A DNA stretch of 64,000 nucleotides from Chiloscyllium plagiosum (taxonomy: Eukaryota). The translations under genes were made by a program, and so were the position numbers. Shown here piece by piece: positions 61,301 through 64,000 of this stretch (positions within the stretch are counted from its first letter, which is position 1; every line of letters starts with the position of its first letter). The notes below the pieces were generated by a model. It worked only from the letters and a program-made list of their open reading frames with translations, searched no databases and was not told the origin of the DNA. The stretch covers positions 4,018,961-4,082,960 of the forward strand of contig NC_057751.1 in the NCBI RefSeq assembly GCF_004010195.1, given 5' to 3'.

Positions 61301-62350
61301 AGTGGCAGATAGAGTTTAATTCAGATAAATGCAAGGTGCTGCATTTTGGGAAAGCAAATCTTAGTAGGACTTATACACTTAATGGTAAGGTCCTGGGGAG
61401 TGTTGCTGAACAAAGAGACCTTGGGATGCAGGTTCATAGCACCTTGAAAGTGGAGTCACAGGTAGATAGGATAGTGAAGAAGGTGTTTTGTATGCTTTTC
61501 TTTATTGGTCAGAGTATTGAGTACAGGAGTTGGGAGGTCATGTTGCGACTGTACAGGACATTGGTTAGGCCACTGCTGGAATACTGCGTGCAATTTTGGT
61601 CTCCTTCCTATCGGAAAGATGTTGGGAAATTTGAAAGGGTTCAGAAAAGATTTACAAGGATGTTGCCAGGGTTGGAGGATTTGAGCTCTTGGGAGAGGCT
61701 GAACAGGCTGGGGCTGTTTTCCTTGGAGCGTCGGAGACTGAGGGGTGACCTTATAGAGGTTTATAAAATCATGAGGGGTATGGATCGGGTAAATAGACAA
61801 AGTCTTTTCCCTGGGGTTGGGGAATCCAGAACTAGAGCGCATGGGTTTAGGGTGAGAGGGGAAAGATATGAGAGATCTAAGGGGCAACTTTTTCACACAG
61901 AGGGCGCTATGTGTATGGAATGAGATGCCAGAGGAAATGGTGGAGGCTGGTACAATTGCAACATTTAAAAGGCATTTGGATGGGTATATGAATAGGAAGG
62001 GTTTGGAGGGATATGAGCCAGGTGCTGGCAGGTGGGACTAGATTGGGTTGGGATATCTGGTCGGCATGGACGGGTTGGACCGAAGGGTCTGTTTCCGTGA
62101 TGTACATCTCTGTGACTCTAACTTCCATACCCTTCATTTTATTATCATCCATGTGCCTATCCAGAAGTATATTAAATATCCCTAATGCATCTAATTTTAC
62201 TGCCACTGCTGACAGTGCATTCCACTCATTCACCACTCTGTATGTAACGAACCTACCTCAGAAATCTCCCCTTAACCATCCGCTAATCACCCAAAAATTA
62301 TACCTCCTTGTAATAGCTATTTATGTCAGGGTAAAAAATCTCTCTCTATG
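58341..62350 (+). repeat. Segmental duplication copy B (contains a later CR1 insertion)
   Basis: Matches 44281-47450 apart from the insertion at ~61296-62117. Confidence 0.93.
61296..62117 (+). mobile_element. Young 5'-truncated CR1-like LINE
   Basis: 195-aa open CR1 RT C-terminal frame (61336-61923) and intact 3' tail; absent from copy A. Confidence 0.95.
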
Positions 62351-64000
62351 GCTGGTCGTGAAGAAGCAGTGCCAAGTGGCAAAGGATAACTGCATTCTGT
62401 AACTGATGATGATTATACCAATGATTGTACCATGTGGACCAGGCACATGTTCAAAATATCCAGTAAAATCTGATGGAAAATGTGAACCCAATTCCTGTGT
62501 CAGTTGTCACCATTTCAAAGTCTAATGTTATCAGACTCACATTCTGTGGTTTGAAAATGATTATGTCACAGCTTGGCTCTGCTCAACATTGCAATGCACT
62601 TTTCCCATTTGAGCAGAAAAACCAAGTGCAAACATTGCATTCTTTTTATGATCTGAACTACCCTACACAAAAGGGAGATAGATAGAGACACCGCAATAAC
62701 TTTTTTTTAAATGGTACTATATAAATCGTGGAGATGGAAACATTTGCAGGTCACTGGAGAAGGAGAAGAGAGTTAGACTGATCGGATGGACCTTTCCAAC
62801 AGCTGCCCCAGACACATTGGGCCAAATGGTCTTCTCCTGTGCACTCCATTTCTCTTATGCTTCTTTGAAGATGTTTGTTGTGGGGATTGTGTCATTCTGT
62901 GTTAATGAAGATGTGGAAAATCAATGCTTTTGCATCCATTATGAATGAAGAGGTTGCACACGGTTGATCTATGTCCTTCCCTGACAACAGTCTTTGCCAT
63001 GCACACTCCAGAAAACTCTCCTATTGCACCATTGTGACTGATCTGTTACTCACATCAGTCATTTGTCTTTTTATGAAACACAGTTAAATTATGTGCTACT
63101 GCACCCATACAGGACCCTGTCAAGACTTGTTAAGTGTATTTCACTTACAGCCCTCACAGCAGCAGAGAAAGGTTTTAATGGAATTATTTTTGGCTTAGTT
63201 TGAACCCAGGTCTCAACCTAAGTTGGAACAACAACATACAACGTATTGAACCATTCAATTCCCATCAGGAATTCCAGATTTCCATCCATTCTTCTGGATG
63301 GATGAATGTCTGTCAGCCTTAGTCCCTGTGACTGTTCTATAGAAAAGAGAAAACTGAGACGTAATCAAATAGACATTTTTGAAGTTATGAATGAAGATAA
63401 TTGTATTGAAGATTTTTCCTTTTTTGGGTGAGTTCAAACGCGGGTCATAAGATTGTCACGAACAAATCGACTGAGGAATTCAGAAGAAACCTCTTTTTTC
63501 AGACAATGCAACTGTGCTTCCTTAAGAAACATGCAAAAGGTTTAGATAGGAATTTTCAGAGATTTGGGCTTAGCCAGCTAAAGGCAAGCTCACCAGTAGT
63601 ACATCGATTCAAAGCAGGGCAGTACAAAATGCTAGAAATGGGGGAGAAACTATATTTTGGAGATTTGCAGAACTGGAGGAGCTATATAAATGAGGGACTG
63701 TGTCTTTCTGTATTCCAAGCAACTCAAGGTAATACACGTTGAAATCCCTTCCCATTTTTCCATTGATGTCAAGCTGCACTCTGATGTTATCTCAATGAAT
63801 ATAAACAGTAAGTGCCTCAATTAGTGGCAATGGTAGCTCCTTGATTATTCACTCCTGAGCATTGCCTGCAACTGTGGGAATCAGAACTGGTACACGCATA
63901 ACTTGTGCAATCGCAGTAAACTACTTGTGTTTTTCTCCTTTCAAAAAATCGAACAGAACTCAACATTCTGGACAATTCTTCACTTGAACTATAGAATAAA

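Noticed and set aside
63282..63303. 8-bp hairpin tccatcca-ttcttc-tggatgga
   Set aside because: Short enough to arise by chance; matches no RNA motif I know.

Overview
Eukaryotic, repeat-dense vertebrate genomic DNA. The repeat mix (CR1/HER1-like LINEs, HE1-like tRNA-derived SINEs sharing the CR1 3' end, Penelope-like elements) suggests a cartilaginous fish, probably a shark; this is an inference. There are two assembly gaps (6883-7813, 53813-53979). The largest feature is a decayed, full-length Ty3/gypsy LTR retrotransposon (6313-14162) with the Gmr1-type PR-IN-RT-RH domain order and a tRNA-Pro primer-binding site. It sits inside a CR1 fragment, and its 5' LTR is itself split by a rearranged Penelope insertion. 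A CpG-island promoter at ~17.6-18.35 kb (paired CCAAT boxes 32 bp apart, GC boxes, E2F site) may drive a minus-strand spliced gene whose candidate first coding exon (1622-1488) encodes a signal-peptide-like N-terminus; I cannot identify the gene. The rest is CR1 fragments, SINEs, solo LTRs, a Penelope GIY-YIG fragment, minimal hammerhead-ribozyme motifs, a ~3 kb direct segmental duplication (44.3-47.4 kb vs 58.3-62.3 kb), a G/A-rich degenerate minisatellite and a local inverted duplication with a templated insertion. No intact, recognisable host protein-coding gene, RNA gene or CRISPR array was found. Most ORF-track entries are repeat-derived or spurious. All coordinates were read by eye; many repeat boundaries are approximate.
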